NCBI GenBank assembly: GCA_051439425.1 | Contig: JBFRWD010000177.1 | Location: 1 to 45,329, forward strand | Reading direction: 5' to 3' | Source: Synechococcus sp. | GTDB lineage: Bacteria > Cyanobacteriota > Cyanobacteriia > Thermostichales > PCC-7336 | Length of the DNA: 45,329 bases | In this document: piece after piece, positions 1-10,304 of the stretch | Numbering within the stretch: position 1 is the first letter of the stretch | How the letters are laid out: every line of letters begins with the position of its first letter | Program-made: the position numbers and the translations under genes | The notes under the pieces: generated by a model | What the model was told of the DNA's origin: nothing | The model's database searches: none | The model's input: the letters and a program-made list of their open reading frames with translations, nothing else

Positions 1-126
1 CTTTTCTCCTCGTTCGATTGCTTTGAGGACTTTCAGGCGTAGGTCCATGCTGTAGGCGGCTGGCATAAGCGAGATGGCACTCATCAATCCAACCAATATG
101 TCCTAACTGCCTATTCGTTTGCAATA
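1..126 (-). mobile_element. IS630-family element, left end and transposase N-terminus (runs off the window start)
   Basis: The minus strand reads TA-TTGCAAACGAATAGGCAGTTAGGAC, then ATG(66) PAAYSMDLRLKVLKAIERGEK. It has 6 mismatches over 127 nt to the copy at 43929. A TA target is typical of IS630. Confidence 0.9.
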
Positions 127-421
127 GATGACGAGGTGGAGGCGGTGTTTGGGGACAAAGCCTACGATTCTAATGAGCGTGTCCGTCAGCGATTGAAAGC
201 AAAGGGATGTGTTGCGGTGATTCTACCCAAGTCCAATCGCAAATCTCCCCACTCTTATGACAAGCATCTCTACAAAGCTCGTCATTCGATCGAGAACTTT
301 TTTGCCAAGCTTAAGCAGTATCGAGCCATTGCTACTCGCTACGACAAAACCGCTCGTAACTTCCTTGGAGCAATATAGTTAGCAGCTTCCGTTATCTGGC
401 TTAACTGATGGCACGCCCTAG
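127..421 (+). pseudogene. IS5-family transposase C-terminal fragment and right end, interrupted by the IS630 copy
   Basis: Motifs GDKAYDS...YKARHSIENFFAKLKQYRAIATRYDK. A premature TAG at 376-378 is followed in frame by LAASVIWLN-TGA(408), then the terminal sequence GGCACGCCCTAG. Confidence 0.85.
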
Positions 422-682
422 GTGGATTGTCAGTGCGTCTTGATATATTTCAGAGCTCTGCGTAAAAGGATAAGTTGAGATCAGCCTCTACTGGTTGTGT
501 GGTCTAGAAAATGGGCTTGATTGCTAGATGTTTCGCTTTATTGTCAGGCTTTTCGTCCGGTGGGAAGATAATTGAGCTTTCAGACATATCAATGTCGATC
601 AGCTTAATGGTCGCGCTTGGCTTTTGTCTGGCAACTGTGACAAACCCTTTTTAACCGAACCCATTTTCAGACTGATTTATCT

Positions 683-1699
683 ATGACCTCCACTCCAGCC
701 GTCCCGTCACAAACATCTTCTGGGAACACTACCCGAGAGCGTGTCAGCCATTTTTTGCAGACGTTGCAGGACGACATTTGCAACCGATTAGCGGAACTCG
801 ATGGAGAGGCTGAGTTTCGGGAAGATTCGTGGGTTCGCCCGGAAGGGGGCGGAGGTCGCTCTCGGGTGATGGAAGAGGGACGCATTTTCGAGAAAGGCGG
901 GGTGAACTTCTCGGAAGTGGAAGGCACGAAACTCCCTCCATCAATTATCAAGCAGCGCCCCGAAGTGGAAGGGCACGGGTTCTACGCCACAGGCACCTCA
1001 TTGGTCATTCACCCTCGCAACCCGTATGTACCTACCGTTCATATGAACTACCGCTATTTTGAAGCGGGGCCGGTTTGGTGGTTTGGTGGTGGAGCCGATC
1101 TGACCCCCTACTACCCGTTCCGAGAGGATGCCGCTCATTTTCACACCACGCTAAAGGCGGCTTGCGATCGCCATCATGCCGATTACTATCGGGCGTTTAA
1201 GTATTGGTGCGATCGCTATTTCTATCTGCCCCACCGAGGGGAAACTCGTGGTGTTGGTGGGTTGTTCTTTGACTATCAAGATGGCCGCACTGGTCCTTTG
1301 TGTAAATCCAGTGCCCCAAATATTGACGAAACCATCGCTCAATTGTCGATTGGCGAACGCAGTTGGGAGGATATTTTCAGCTTCGTTCAAGATTGCGGCA
1401 ATGCCTTTTTGCCTTCCTACGTTCCGATTGTGGAGCGCCGCCACGAGACCGAATATGGCGATGCTCAGCGACAGTTCCAGTTGTATCGTCGCGGTCGATA
1501 CGTTGAATTCAACTTGGTTTACGACCGGGGAACCATCTTTGGTCTGCAAACGAATGGCCGTACCGAGTCCATCCTGATGTCTCTCCCTCCCCTAGTGCGA
1601 TGGGAGTACGACTATAAACCGGAACCCGGCACCCCAGAGGCCGAGCTGTACGATGTCTTCCTCAAGCCCCAGCCCTGGGCAGAAGGGTCTGTAGCTTAA
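683..1699 (+). CDS. hemF: Oxygen-dependent coproporphyrinogen III oxidase
   Basis: Motifs [37 protein letters not shown] and [16 protein letters not shown]. Confidence 0.97.
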   Translation: MTSTPAVPSQTSSGNTTRERVSHFLQTLQDDICNRLAELDGEAEFREDSWVRPEGGGGRSRVMEEGRIFEKGGVNFSEVEGTKLPPSIIKQRPEVEGHGFYATGTSLVIHPRNPYVPTVHMNYRYFEAGPVWWFGGGADLTPYYPFREDAAHFHTTLKAACDRHHADYYRAFKYWCDRYFYLPHRGETRGVGGLFFDYQDGRTGPLCKSSAPNIDETIAQLSIGERSWEDIFSFVQDCGNAFLPSYVPIVERRHETEYGDAQRQFQLYRRGRYVEFNLVYDRGTIFGLQTNGRTESILMSLPPLVRWEYDYKPEPGTPEAELYDVFLKPQPWAEGSVA

Positions 1700-1747
1700 T
1701 CAGTTTTCCGGTGTGATAGCCAGTCTTGTGGTAGTTAGGAATTGCCC

Positions 1748-3193
1748 ATGATTACTGCAGCATCTCCCACTGGGGCTTGGTTTCCAGCCATCGATTGCCC
1801 CGCCCAAGAATTCGGCCCGATTTCCTTAAATGCGATCTCGGGACAGATTCCCCCGGACTTAAACGGGCGTTATTTTGCCAACGGGACAGGGCGGCTGCAG
1901 CGCGGTGATGAGCGAGTGGGCCATTGGTTTGATGGAGATGGCGCAATCTTGGGTGTGAACTTCTCAGCAGGAGAAGCAACGGGAGTCTATCGCTACGTCA
2001 AAACGGAAGGTTTTTTAGCTGAAGAAGCTTCGGGCAAATACCAATACGCAGGCTACGGCATGGGCAATAGTGGCCCTATCTGGGAGCGGTTTAGGCCCCT
2101 CAAAAATGCCGCTAATACATCTGTTCTGGCGGTGGACGATCGCCTGTTGGCCCTCTGGGAAGGTGCGGTTCCCCATGCTCTCGACCTAGATACGTTAGAG
2201 ACGAAAGGGCTAGATACGCTGGGGGGGCTCTCTAAAAGCACTCCTTTTTCTGCCCATCCCAAGCGCGATCCGGTAACGGGAGATATCTACAACTTTGGGT
2301 CGAATCTGGGGGCCAAAAACCAGTTGTTTGTATTTCGCTGCGATCGCTTGGGAACCGTCAAACAGCGGGGAACTATCCCGCTCTCTCGCAAAGCCTATGT
2401 CCACGATTTCATTCTGGCGGGGTCCTATTTGGTTTTTGTTCTCTCCCCCGTCACCCTAAACGTGTGGCCGATTCTGTTCAAGCAACGAAACTTTTGCGAC
2501 TGCTTGGAATGGAAGCCTGAATACGGCACCGAGATAATTGCAGTCGATCGCCAATCGCTGGAGGTGGTTAGCCGCACAGAAGCCGAGCCTTGGTACCAGT
2601 GGCATTTTGGCAATGGTTTTGTTGGCGACGATGACACCCTCACCTTTGACACCGTGCGCTATTCTGACTTCCAGACCAATGAATTTTTGCGGCAAGTACC
2701 CACCGGTGTAGCCCCCACCTACTCCCCCAGTACCCTGTGGCAAGTGCAGCTCGATCCCAAACACGGCAAGCTATTGGGCTCTGAACAATTGTGCGATCGC
2801 CATTGTGAATTTCCTACCCTGGCCCCCCACGATGTGGGCCAGCCTCATCGCTACACATACCTCGCCATTCATCCAGACAACGAGACGGCTCCTGGAGAAC
2901 TCTTCCGCGCGATCGGTCGATTTGACCGCCAAGCGGGATCGTTGCAGGCCGCAGATTTTGGGCCAGGGATATATGTCAGCGAACCCATTTATGCTCCTAA
3001 GCCTGGGCCTGAAACTAGAGCCGGGTTTACTACTGGTGGTTGGTTGCTCACTACCATCTACAACAGCTCCCTCCACCGCAGCGAACTGTGGGTCTTTGAT
3101 GCTGAAAGGCTGGATGAGGAGCCGCTGGTTCGATTGGCGTTGCCATCCGTTGTACCCCACGGATTTCACGGCACTTGGCAGCCCAGGCGCTAA
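1748..3193 (+). CDS. Carotenoid oxygenase (RPE65/lignostilbene dioxygenase) family protein
   Basis: HWFDGDG, NAANTSV, SAHPK, HDF, EFP and C-terminal PHGFHG motifs (His ligands for iron). ATG 1748 preferred over TTG 1742. Confidence 0.92.
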   Translation: MITAASPTGAWFPAIDCPAQEFGPISLNAISGQIPPDLNGRYFANGTGRLQRGDERVGHWFDGDGAILGVNFSAGEATGVYRYVKTEGFLAEEASGKYQYAGYGMGNSGPIWERFRPLKNAANTSVLAVDDRLLALWEGAVPHALDLDTLETKGLDTLGGLSKSTPFSAHPKRDPVTGDIYNFGSNLGAKNQLFVFRCDRLGTVKQRGTIPLSRKAYVHDFILAGSYLVFVLSPVTLNVWPILFKQRNFCDCLEWKPEYGTEIIAVDRQSLEVVSRTEAEPWYQWHFGNGFVGDDDTLTFDTVRYSDFQTNEFLRQVPTGVAPTYSPSTLWQVQLDPKHGKLLGSEQLCDRHCEFPTLAPHDVGQPHRYTYLAIHPDNETAPGELFRAIGRFDRQAGSLQAADFGPGIYVSEPIYAPKPGPETRAGFTTGGWLLTTIYNSSLHRSELWVFDAERLDEEPLVRLALPSVVPHGFHGTWQPRR

Positions 3194-3331
3194 GTCTTGT
3201 GGCCTAGCTGAACTGACCGACATTCAACACTACGGCTCGGCGCAGTCAATCTCTCCCAAGCGAGCCTGGAAGGCACCAGAAAGGCTGGGCTAAGCTGGCA
3301 AGAAACTGCCGTTCACGCTGGTTTTCCCTCT

Positions 3332-5299
3332 ATGCGACGTACCGTTGCTTTGTCCTTTGCCCTCAGCCTCAGTTGGATGGGAATGGCGATCGTCCCCATT
3401 ACTCGACAGTCCATCCCCTCCGTACTGGCGCAAACAGCCGTCCCTCAGACACCAGACCCACCAGCAACGAACTCGCAACCAGCAGGTTCACAACCAATCG
3501 GCAGTCGCTTGGGTTGGACTAGCGACTATGCCACGGCGTTAGAAGAGCAGACGGACTTAGTACTGACTGCCGAGCCCTTGGATAGCGTTCTCACTCGCAT
3601 CGAGCTGGCCCAATGGCTGACGGAGTTCTTTAACTATCGAGCAGATCCAGAACGGGCGGTGGCTATTACCGATATGGAACCCGACACCCCCGACTTTTTC
3701 ACGGCTCAGGCGGTGATGCAGGGGGGAATCATGCGAGCCTTCGAGGGGGATCGGTTTCGGCCTGATGGGGATGTGACCAAGCTGGAGGCGATCGCCATTA
3801 TGGTGCGAGCACTCGAACTGCAGCTTCCCAGCGAACGAGTTATCGACCGTTGGCTGGAACTATATGACGACAGCGATGCGGTTCCCGAGGTTGGCTATCC
3901 GTTTATCGCGATGGCTGGGGAGGCTGGTCTGATCGTCAATGTTCCCGATCCCGAGCGACTCAATCCCAACCTAATTCTCAGTCGTGGCGAAGGGGCGGTG
4001 CTGCTACACCAAGCATTGCTAGCCCAGCGGCAGGTGAGCGATATCGATCCACCCATTGCCCAAGTTGTGCCACAGCCTCTGCCGAAACCCGAAATTGCCT
4101 CCATCAGCGTCTCTCCCGAGACCGGCAGCGTTGGACCTGGTGAGAGCTTGATCGTAGAGGTGGAAGGAACGCCCGATGCCCAAGGGGCAATCTTGCTTGC
4201 CGGTTCAATTCAGCAGTCGTTACAAGAAGTAGAACCCGGTCTATATCGCGCAGAATATATCGTGACGCCTCAGGATGCGATCGCCAATCCCTCTGTTGCC
4301 GTCCGCCTCGATCTGAATGGAGAAGTCACCCGCAGCCAGCGTCAACTGCCCGCGCTGGCCTTGGGGAATGCACTAATTCCTACGCCTAACAATTCCACAG
4401 AACCGAATAATCCGGCCTTTCCCAACCCCTCAACCAATCCCCCCAGTAACGCGGCTCCCCCCCCGCCGATCGCCACCAATCCCAGCTTGCCAGCTCGCCC
4501 ACCCGGCACAACACCGGCACCACCTGCTGCTGCCAACGCCCCCACATTTACCAGTATCTTTGTCAGCCCTCAGCGGAATCTGCGAGTGGGCGATATCTTC
4601 ACGGTTGGCATCCAGGGGGATCCGGGAGCTGTTGCTATGTTCGATTTAGGAGAGTTTGCTACCCAGCAGCCCATGCAGGAAATTCGTCCGGGGGTGTACG
4701 AGGGGACTTACGCAATCGCCACCAATGACTTTGCGCAAAGCCCCGAATTAACCGTTACGTTTTCCAAAAACAATCGCGGCACCTATCACGCCGAAGTCTT
4801 CCCTTTTGCCATTAACACCGTCGCATCCGCTCCACCGGCATCTATTCCGCCGGCGGTATCCTCTCCTCCAATTCCAGATCCGGTTCCCCCACAAGCGACC
4901 AACTCTGCACCAGTCAATCCTCCGGCTTCGCCCTCTCCACCTCCAGCTAATTCTGCGTCAGAATCACCCGCTATTCTCGACCCTTCTTCGGGAGGACAGC
5001 CTCTGATTTTCGCATCTTCGTCCAATGCCAACGGACGCGAGTTGCGCCCCAACGATTTTTTGGAGGTCAGAATGCGAGGGGAACAGGGAGCCCGTGCAGC
5101 GTTTAGAATTCCGAATGTTATTCCGGATACCGAGATGACCGAAGTTGCCCCCGGAATCTATGAAGGGCGCATTCGCATCAGCGGTAATACCCCTGCCGTA
5201 CGCAATGGTCTGCTGCAGGTGGTTCTGGAAAAACGTGGCATCAGTACAACACGAACCTTGCCGGAATCCGTCACGATTTCTCCTGTTCCCAATAGTTAG
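3332..5299 (+). CDS. Secreted S-layer homology (SLH) domain protein with Pro-rich linkers and three repeated beta-rich modules
   Basis: Signal peptide; SLH-like FRPDGDVTKLEA and LNPNLILSRGEGA; three E-x-x-P-G-x-Y modules. Confidence 0.8.
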   Translation: MRRTVALSFALSLSWMGMAIVPITRQSIPSVLAQTAVPQTPDPPATNSQPAGSQPIGSRLGWTSDYATALEEQTDLVLTAEPLDSVLTRIELAQWLTEFFNYRADPERAVAITDMEPDTPDFFTAQAVMQGGIMRAFEGDRFRPDGDVTKLEAIAIMVRALELQLPSERVIDRWLELYDDSDAVPEVGYPFIAMAGEAGLIVNVPDPERLNPNLILSRGEGAVLLHQALLAQRQVSDIDPPIAQVVPQPLPKPEIASISVSPETGSVGPGESLIVEVEGTPDAQGAILLAGSIQQSLQEVEPGLYRAEYIVTPQDAIANPSVAVRLDLNGEVTRSQRQLPALALGNALIPTPNNSTEPNNPAFPNPSTNPPSNAAPPPPIATNPSLPARPPGTTPAPPAAANAPTFTSIFVSPQRNLRVGDIFTVGIQGDPGAVAMFDLGEFATQQPMQEIRPGVYEGTYAIATNDFAQSPELTVTFSKNNRGTYHAEVFPFAINTVASAPPASIPPAVSSPPIPDPVPPQATNSAPVNPPASPSPPPANSASESPAILDPSSGGQPLIFASSSNANGRELRPNDFLEVRMRGEQGARAAFRIPNVIPDTEMTEVAPGIYEGRIRISGNTPAVRNGLLQVVLEKRGISTTRTLPESVTISPVPNS

Positions 5300-5300
5300 G

Positions 5301-5341
5301 TAGTGACTAGGGTTGGTGACTGGGATTGTGGTGACTGAGGT
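5301..5341 (+). repeat. Three degenerate 13-bp tandem units (T[AG]GTGACT...)
   Basis: tagtgactagggt, tggtgactgggat, (tg) tggtgactgaggt, immediately after the SLH gene stop. Confidence 0.5.
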
Positions 5342-5463
5342 TGATGGACCGAGGCGAGTGGAAACACTCATCGCTAGTGCAGGTTGAAGCGATCTCAAGC
5401 TTCTACTTGCCTTAATTTCAGACCAAGTCCTAGACTCAAAAGGCGGATTTATGGAACGATTTC

Positions 5464-6402
5464 GTGCCTCACCCTGACGGCCCCTCACAGGCTCTCACTG
5501 TCGAAAGTCCACTGGATTTAGTCGGCAACACCCCTCTAATTCGCTTGCGTCGTGTCACAATCGATTTGCCGCCTTCCGTCAAGATTTACGGCAAAGCAGA
5601 GTGGTACAACCCTGGTGGTTCCGTTAAGGATCGGCCTGCTCTCAACATGATCGAGGCCGGAGAGCAATCCGGAGCCCTCACCCCAGATAAAGTTATTTTG
5701 GATGCAACGTCGGGCAATACTGGGATCGCATACGCCTGGATTGGGGCTGCAAAGGGCTACAAAGTCAAACTCGCCCTACCGTCAAATGCCAGTGAAGAGC
5801 GCAAGAAAATTTTGAGCGCATATGGTGTCGACCTCGTGTTGACCGATCCAGGCGCGGGGTCAGACGGTGCCATCCTGAAGGCAAAAGAGATTTACCAGGC
5901 CAACCCCGAGCTGTATTTCTACCCCGACCAGTACAGCAATCCTGCCAATTGGCAAGCTCACTACAACTCCACCGCCGTGGAAATCCTGCAGCAAACTGAT
6001 GGCAAGGTGACTCACTTTGTTACAGGTCTGGGAACCAGCGGCACCTGTATGGGAGTCGGACGACGACTGCGACAGTTTAACCCTGCCGTTCAAATTGTGG
6101 CCATGCAGCCGGACTCTCCTTTCCACGGATTGGAAGGGCTCAAGCATATGGAAACGGCAATTGTTCCACCCATCTACGATCCGCTCGTGCCCGATCGCCA
6201 AATTGAAATAGGCACCGAAGCTGCTCAAGAGATGGTCAAGCGGTTGGCGCGTGAAGAGGGTCTGCTGGTGGGGATTTCTGCTGGAGCTAACGTGCTGGCA
6301 GCGTTAGACATTGCTCGGGAACTGGAATCTGGCATTATCGTCACCGTACTGTGCGATAGCGCTGACAAGTACCTCTCCGATCGCTTCTGGGCCGAGCCAT
6401 AA
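5464..6402 (+). CDS. PLP-dependent cysteine synthase (CysK/CysM family)
   Basis: VGNTPL, NPGGSVKDR (PLP lysine), ATSGNTG and GLGTSGT motifs. Confidence 0.93.
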   Translation: MPHPDGPSQALTVESPLDLVGNTPLIRLRRVTIDLPPSVKIYGKAEWYNPGGSVKDRPALNMIEAGEQSGALTPDKVILDATSGNTGIAYAWIGAAKGYKVKLALPSNASEERKKILSAYGVDLVLTDPGAGSDGAILKAKEIYQANPELYFYPDQYSNPANWQAHYNSTAVEILQQTDGKVTHFVTGLGTSGTCMGVGRRLRQFNPAVQIVAMQPDSPFHGLEGLKHMETAIVPPIYDPLVPDRQIEIGTEAAQEMVKRLAREEGLLVGISAGANVLAALDIARELESGIIVTVLCDSADKYLSDRFWAEP

Positions 6403-6437
6403 GTGACCGGTCAACACATGGCATAAGGAATACGTGC

Positions 6438-7862
6438 ATGACTCAAAATGCCCTGGCATTAGTGTGGCACCGTCGCGATCTGCGCCTGCACGATAACCCA
6501 GCTCTGTGGCTAGCGACTCAAGGCTACGAGCAAGTTCTGGCTATCTTTATCATCGATCCAGATATTCTCGCTCGTCCGGATACCGCTCCGTGTCGAGTGC
6601 AATTCATGCTGGAGTCTTTGACTGAGCTGCAGGAGAGTTACGCCAAGCTTGGGGGACAGCTGATTATTCGGCAGGGGCAGCCGGTTCCAATACTGCGCGA
6701 TGTGGTGCAGGAGAGCAGAGCTGCTGCAGTGTTTTGGAATGCTGATGTCGAACCCTACGCTGTGGCTCGAGATATTGGTGTTCATGCGGCCCTTGCGGCA
6801 GATGGGATTGCCACTCGTTCCTGCCAAGACCTTTTGCTGCACGATCCTGCGGACATCACCACACAGGCAGGCAAGCCCTATTCTGTCTTCACACCGTTTT
6901 GGCGCAACTGGTCCTGCCACGCCAAGCCCTCCCCGCATCCCGTTCCCGATCGCCTGCAAGCTCCCGAACTCGATTCACTGCCGTTGCCGACCTTGAGCGA
7001 TCTGGGTCTGACGTGTGACCAAGATTTACCCGCAGCAGGCGAAGCTGTAGCCCTCGATCTGCTGGATTCGTTTTGGTCGAGCGGGGCGGTATTCGACTAT
7101 GGCGATCGCCGAAATTTTCCCGCCCTCCCAGGAACCTCCGGACTCAGTCCCCACCTCCGCTGGGGAACATTGGGTACCCGCCAAGCCTGGCAAGCAACCA
7201 TTAATGCCGAGCCCGAAGTACGTAGCGATGAAGCAGAAACAGGCCTGCGTACTTGGCGACAGGAGCTGTGCTGGCGAGAGTTTTACAAACACGTATTAGT
7301 ACATTGGCCGGAACTCGAAACGCAGGAATATCGCCAGTTGTTCCGCACGTTCCGGTGGGATAACGACACCGAACACTTTGAGGCGTGGTGTCGAGGGGAA
7401 ACCGGCTACCCAATTGTGGATGCAGCCATGCGCCAACTGAATCAAACAGGATGGATGCACAATCGCTGCCGGATGATTGTTGCCAGCTTTTTGACCAAAG
7501 ATCTACTGATCGATTGGCGTTGGGGAGAGCAATATTTCATGCAAAAGCTTGTGGATGGCGATTTATCTGCCAATAACGGTGGCTGGCAGTGGAGTGCGAG
7601 TGTAGGAATCGATCCAAAGCCACTGCGTATATTTAATCCTTCTACCCAAGCTAAACGCTACGACCCGGAGGGTGAGTACATTCGCCACTACGTTCCCGAA
7701 CTGGCCGGACTCGACCTCCCCCAGCTACTGGACACCGATCGCCTCTCGGATTCGCAGCGACTTAACCGCGGATATCCTCTCAAGCTCGTGGAACACAGCA
7801 TACGACAACGGGAATTTAAGGCTCGCTATAGCGTCTGTAAAGCAAGTCTCACCGGTACATAG
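6438..7862 (+). CDS. phrA: Deoxyribodipyrimidine photolyase (FAD-binding)
   Basis: WHRRDLRLHDN, TSGLSPHL, GETGYPIVDAAMRQL, WMHNRCRM and NNGGWQW motifs. Confidence 0.93.
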   Translation: MTQNALALVWHRRDLRLHDNPALWLATQGYEQVLAIFIIDPDILARPDTAPCRVQFMLESLTELQESYAKLGGQLIIRQGQPVPILRDVVQESRAAAVFWNADVEPYAVARDIGVHAALAADGIATRSCQDLLLHDPADITTQAGKPYSVFTPFWRNWSCHAKPSPHPVPDRLQAPELDSLPLPTLSDLGLTCDQDLPAAGEAVALDLLDSFWSSGAVFDYGDRRNFPALPGTSGLSPHLRWGTLGTRQAWQATINAEPEVRSDEAETGLRTWRQELCWREFYKHVLVHWPELETQEYRQLFRTFRWDNDTEHFEAWCRGETGYPIVDAAMRQLNQTGWMHNRCRMIVASFLTKDLLIDWRWGEQYFMQKLVDGDLSANNGGWQWSASVGIDPKPLRIFNPSTQAKRYDPEGEYIRHYVPELAGLDLPQLLDTDRLSDSQRLNRGYPLKLVEHSIRQREFKARYSVCKASLTGT

Positions 7863-7954
7863 AGCAGTGAGCACATCACTGCGGACATTTCGGCTATGTT
7901 CAACCCTGACTGCAATCGAAAACCTATGTCCTAACTGAAATGACGCATGCTGTA
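7860..7954. mobile_element. Putative miniature IS630-type inverted-repeat element (91 bp between TA dinucleotides)
   Basis: TA-GAGC-N14-TGCGGACAT ... ATGTCCTAA-N14-GCTG-TA. Same end architecture as the IS630 ends in this window. Confidence 0.5.
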
Positions 7955-8042
7955 TTGTTAACCAACTCGCATTGGCAAGAAGGATCGGAAACAGAACATG
8001 CATTTTTTGCATTTCAGCAGGATTACGGATCCTTAGCCGACA

Positions 8043-8058
8043 TGTGATAGCTGTTACA
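8043..8058. promoter_or_regulatory. CRP/NtcA-family-like binding site
   Basis: TGTGA-TAGCTG-TTACA is one mismatch from TGTGA-N6-TCACA and one from TGTA-N8-TACA. It is intergenic. Confidence 0.35.
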
Positions 8059-8387
8059 CCTCGCTGAGTCGGAGTTGATATGGCAATTCGCTGTAAAGTC
8101 TGGAGGGTTGAGACTGCGAAAATACTTGATTTTCAAGGAAAAGTAGTCAGGGCAGTTTCCATAGTGGATTGCCGATCGCTCTATTTCAGAAGAAAGGTAT
8201 CGTTTGCTTCAAAAAAGTCGGTTATTTTCCAGATGTCTTAATGCTGGCGCTTCAGTTGGTGGGTGGGTCTCCAGTCGCTTGAAAGGTAGACAGGTAATGG
8301 CTTGAGCCGTCACACGTCATCTGAACAGAACAGTAACGGCGATCGATGAGGTTTGTTATGATCGATTTGCATTAGCGATGCAACTGA

Positions 8388-8834
8388 ATGGATTGGCGGC
8401 AGGTTCTGGAACAGTTGGGCGAGCGCCCCCACGATGACTCACTAGGAGCCCTCGAATCGCTGAAGCGCCTGAACGAAACTGTAACCGAAGCTCTACTTGC
8501 TTCCATCAAAGAAGAAACCGAACAAGCCCGCGAGAAAACCCTAGCAGCCCTTCCCCAAGTACTTGCGGCCTTGCATGCACTCGGGGTTAACCCCGTTCAA
8601 GCCCTGCGCCATCAGCCAGAACTAGCCCGCGCCTCCCAGCGCCTGATTTACATTGAAGGCAATCGAGTCGAAGTTCGCGTCAATGACGAACTACGCGGCA
8701 GTTGGAGTATTTGGTCGATCGCCGATTTGAAAGAAGTCTGCCGGTTGGCGGAAGAATTTGATTGCGGGCTAGTCTACTCCATTATTGGCGATCTGGCTGG
8801 CCCAGAAGGGTTTAGCGAAGCCAAAGTCAGCTAG
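8388..8834 (+). CDS. Hypothetical protein
   Basis: 148-aa ATG-started ORF with protein-like composition, directly upstream of the pseudouridine synthase. Confidence 0.7.
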   Translation: MDWRQVLEQLGERPHDDSLGALESLKRLNETVTEALLASIKEETEQAREKTLAALPQVLAALHALGVNPVQALRHQPELARASQRLIYIEGNRVEVRVNDELRGSWSIWSIADLKEVCRLAEEFDCGLVYSIIGDLAGPEGFSEAKVS

Positions 8835-8853
8835 CGCTCTATTCAAATCACTT

Positions 8854-9711
8854 ATGGGAGAGCCGCAACGACTGCAAAAAATTTTGGCTCGCTGGGGAGT
8901 TGCCTCTCGTCGGCAAGCAGAAGTTATTATTCGTGACGGTCGGGTCAGCCTGAATGGTTCAGTTGTTACCGAGTTAGGACTAAAGGCCGATCCAGCAAAC
9001 GATCGCATCACAGTCGATGGTCGTCCTCTAGCTCAATTTGCCTTACCTGCCAACCATCCTGGCGAAGAAGGCACCACCAGTAGGGGGGAGTATGCCACTT
9101 CAGACCCACCCCAATTACGCTACGTGCTGCTCAATAAACCAAGTGGCGTGATATCGACCTGTACCGATCCGCACGGACGTAAAACCGTGTTGGACATCCT
9201 GCCAAGTCAATGGCGATCGCAAACGCGTTGGTTTCCGGTGGGCCGATTGGATGCTGCCAGCACTGGAGCATTGCTGCTGACGAACGACGGTGATTTAACT
9301 CTCAAGCTGACCCATCCTCGCTACCACCTGCCCAAAACCTACCGGGTGGTTGTCAAAGGTCACCCATCAAAAGGGGTTTTACACCAGTGGCGGCAAGGGG
9401 TAGAGCTGGATGATGGTGTAACACTGCCTGCCGAAGTCACACCCATTTCATCACGTTCTCCGCGAGGACGATCGTCCCGCTCCCGCACGCCTGACAATCG
9501 CACAACGCTCAAAATTGTGTTGAAGGAAGGCCGCAACCGACAAATCCGACGGGTGGCGAAGCTGCTGGGGCATCCAGTGTTATTCCTACATCGAGAGGCG
9601 ATCGGCCCTATAACATTGACAGGATTGGCATCTGGCAGCTGTCGGCCTCTGCGTGCCTCAGAAGTGTGTCTGTTGAAATCTGAATCGTCCGAATCTGAAA
9701 CTGGCTTCTAA
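8854..9711 (+). CDS. rRNA pseudouridine synthase (RluB/RsuA family, S4 domain)
   Basis: RLQKILA...SRRQAE S4 domain, LLNKP, catalytic VGRLD and EGRNRQIRR. Start taken at ATG 8854. Confidence 0.93.
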   Translation: MGEPQRLQKILARWGVASRRQAEVIIRDGRVSLNGSVVTELGLKADPANDRITVDGRPLAQFALPANHPGEEGTTSRGEYATSDPPQLRYVLLNKPSGVISTCTDPHGRKTVLDILPSQWRSQTRWFPVGRLDAASTGALLLTNDGDLTLKLTHPRYHLPKTYRVVVKGHPSKGVLHQWRQGVELDDGVTLPAEVTPISSRSPRGRSSRSRTPDNRTTLKIVLKEGRNRQIRRVAKLLGHPVLFLHREAIGPITLTGLASGSCRPLRASEVCLLKSESSESETGF

Positions 9712-10304
9712 ATTAGACCCCAATATTGTTTTGACGCTACGTTGTCTCAGTGTCGCAATGCCATCGCAAACAGACTTTATAGCGCATTCCACTGTAAGGT
9801 CTGGAGTGTTAAGACAGCTAGAATCCCTATCTTGGCAAGGAAAAGTACTTAGGAAACTCTCCATAGCGGATTGCTGAGCACTATACAGTTTCGAGCTGAA
9901 AGACTTCTTTTTGCATGGATAGGCAAAAAACGGTGCTTGAAGCGAACGCGTCTCACCCAATAGAACCTGAGTGGCAAGTGCAGTAAGGTCCAAGGCATCA
10001 TAAGTCTTGCAACGCATCTGTCACGGATCGATACAATTTCCAGCGATCTCTGGTGGGTTTGGCTACCATGTACGACAGAGACCTCCCATCCGGAGGCTGC
10101 ATAGGTTCTGTTCGTTAGCCCTGTTTGTTAAGTAACCCTGAACTGCGGGTTCAATTAGGCGGTTGCTGAGGGGCAATGTATTGGGGACTGAGCCCGAATT
10201 ACTCCTGCACCGCGATGGAGTGGCTTGTACAACACATCAACTCAGTCAACGAATTCTCCTCACCACTTAGAACTCTTCTGTCAACTTAACCCTAAGAGTC
10301 AGGC

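Noticed and set aside
9712..10304. ncRNA or hidden gene in the long spacer before rodZ
   Set aside because: No recognisable RNA motif, and the 119-aa antisense ORF looks non-coding.
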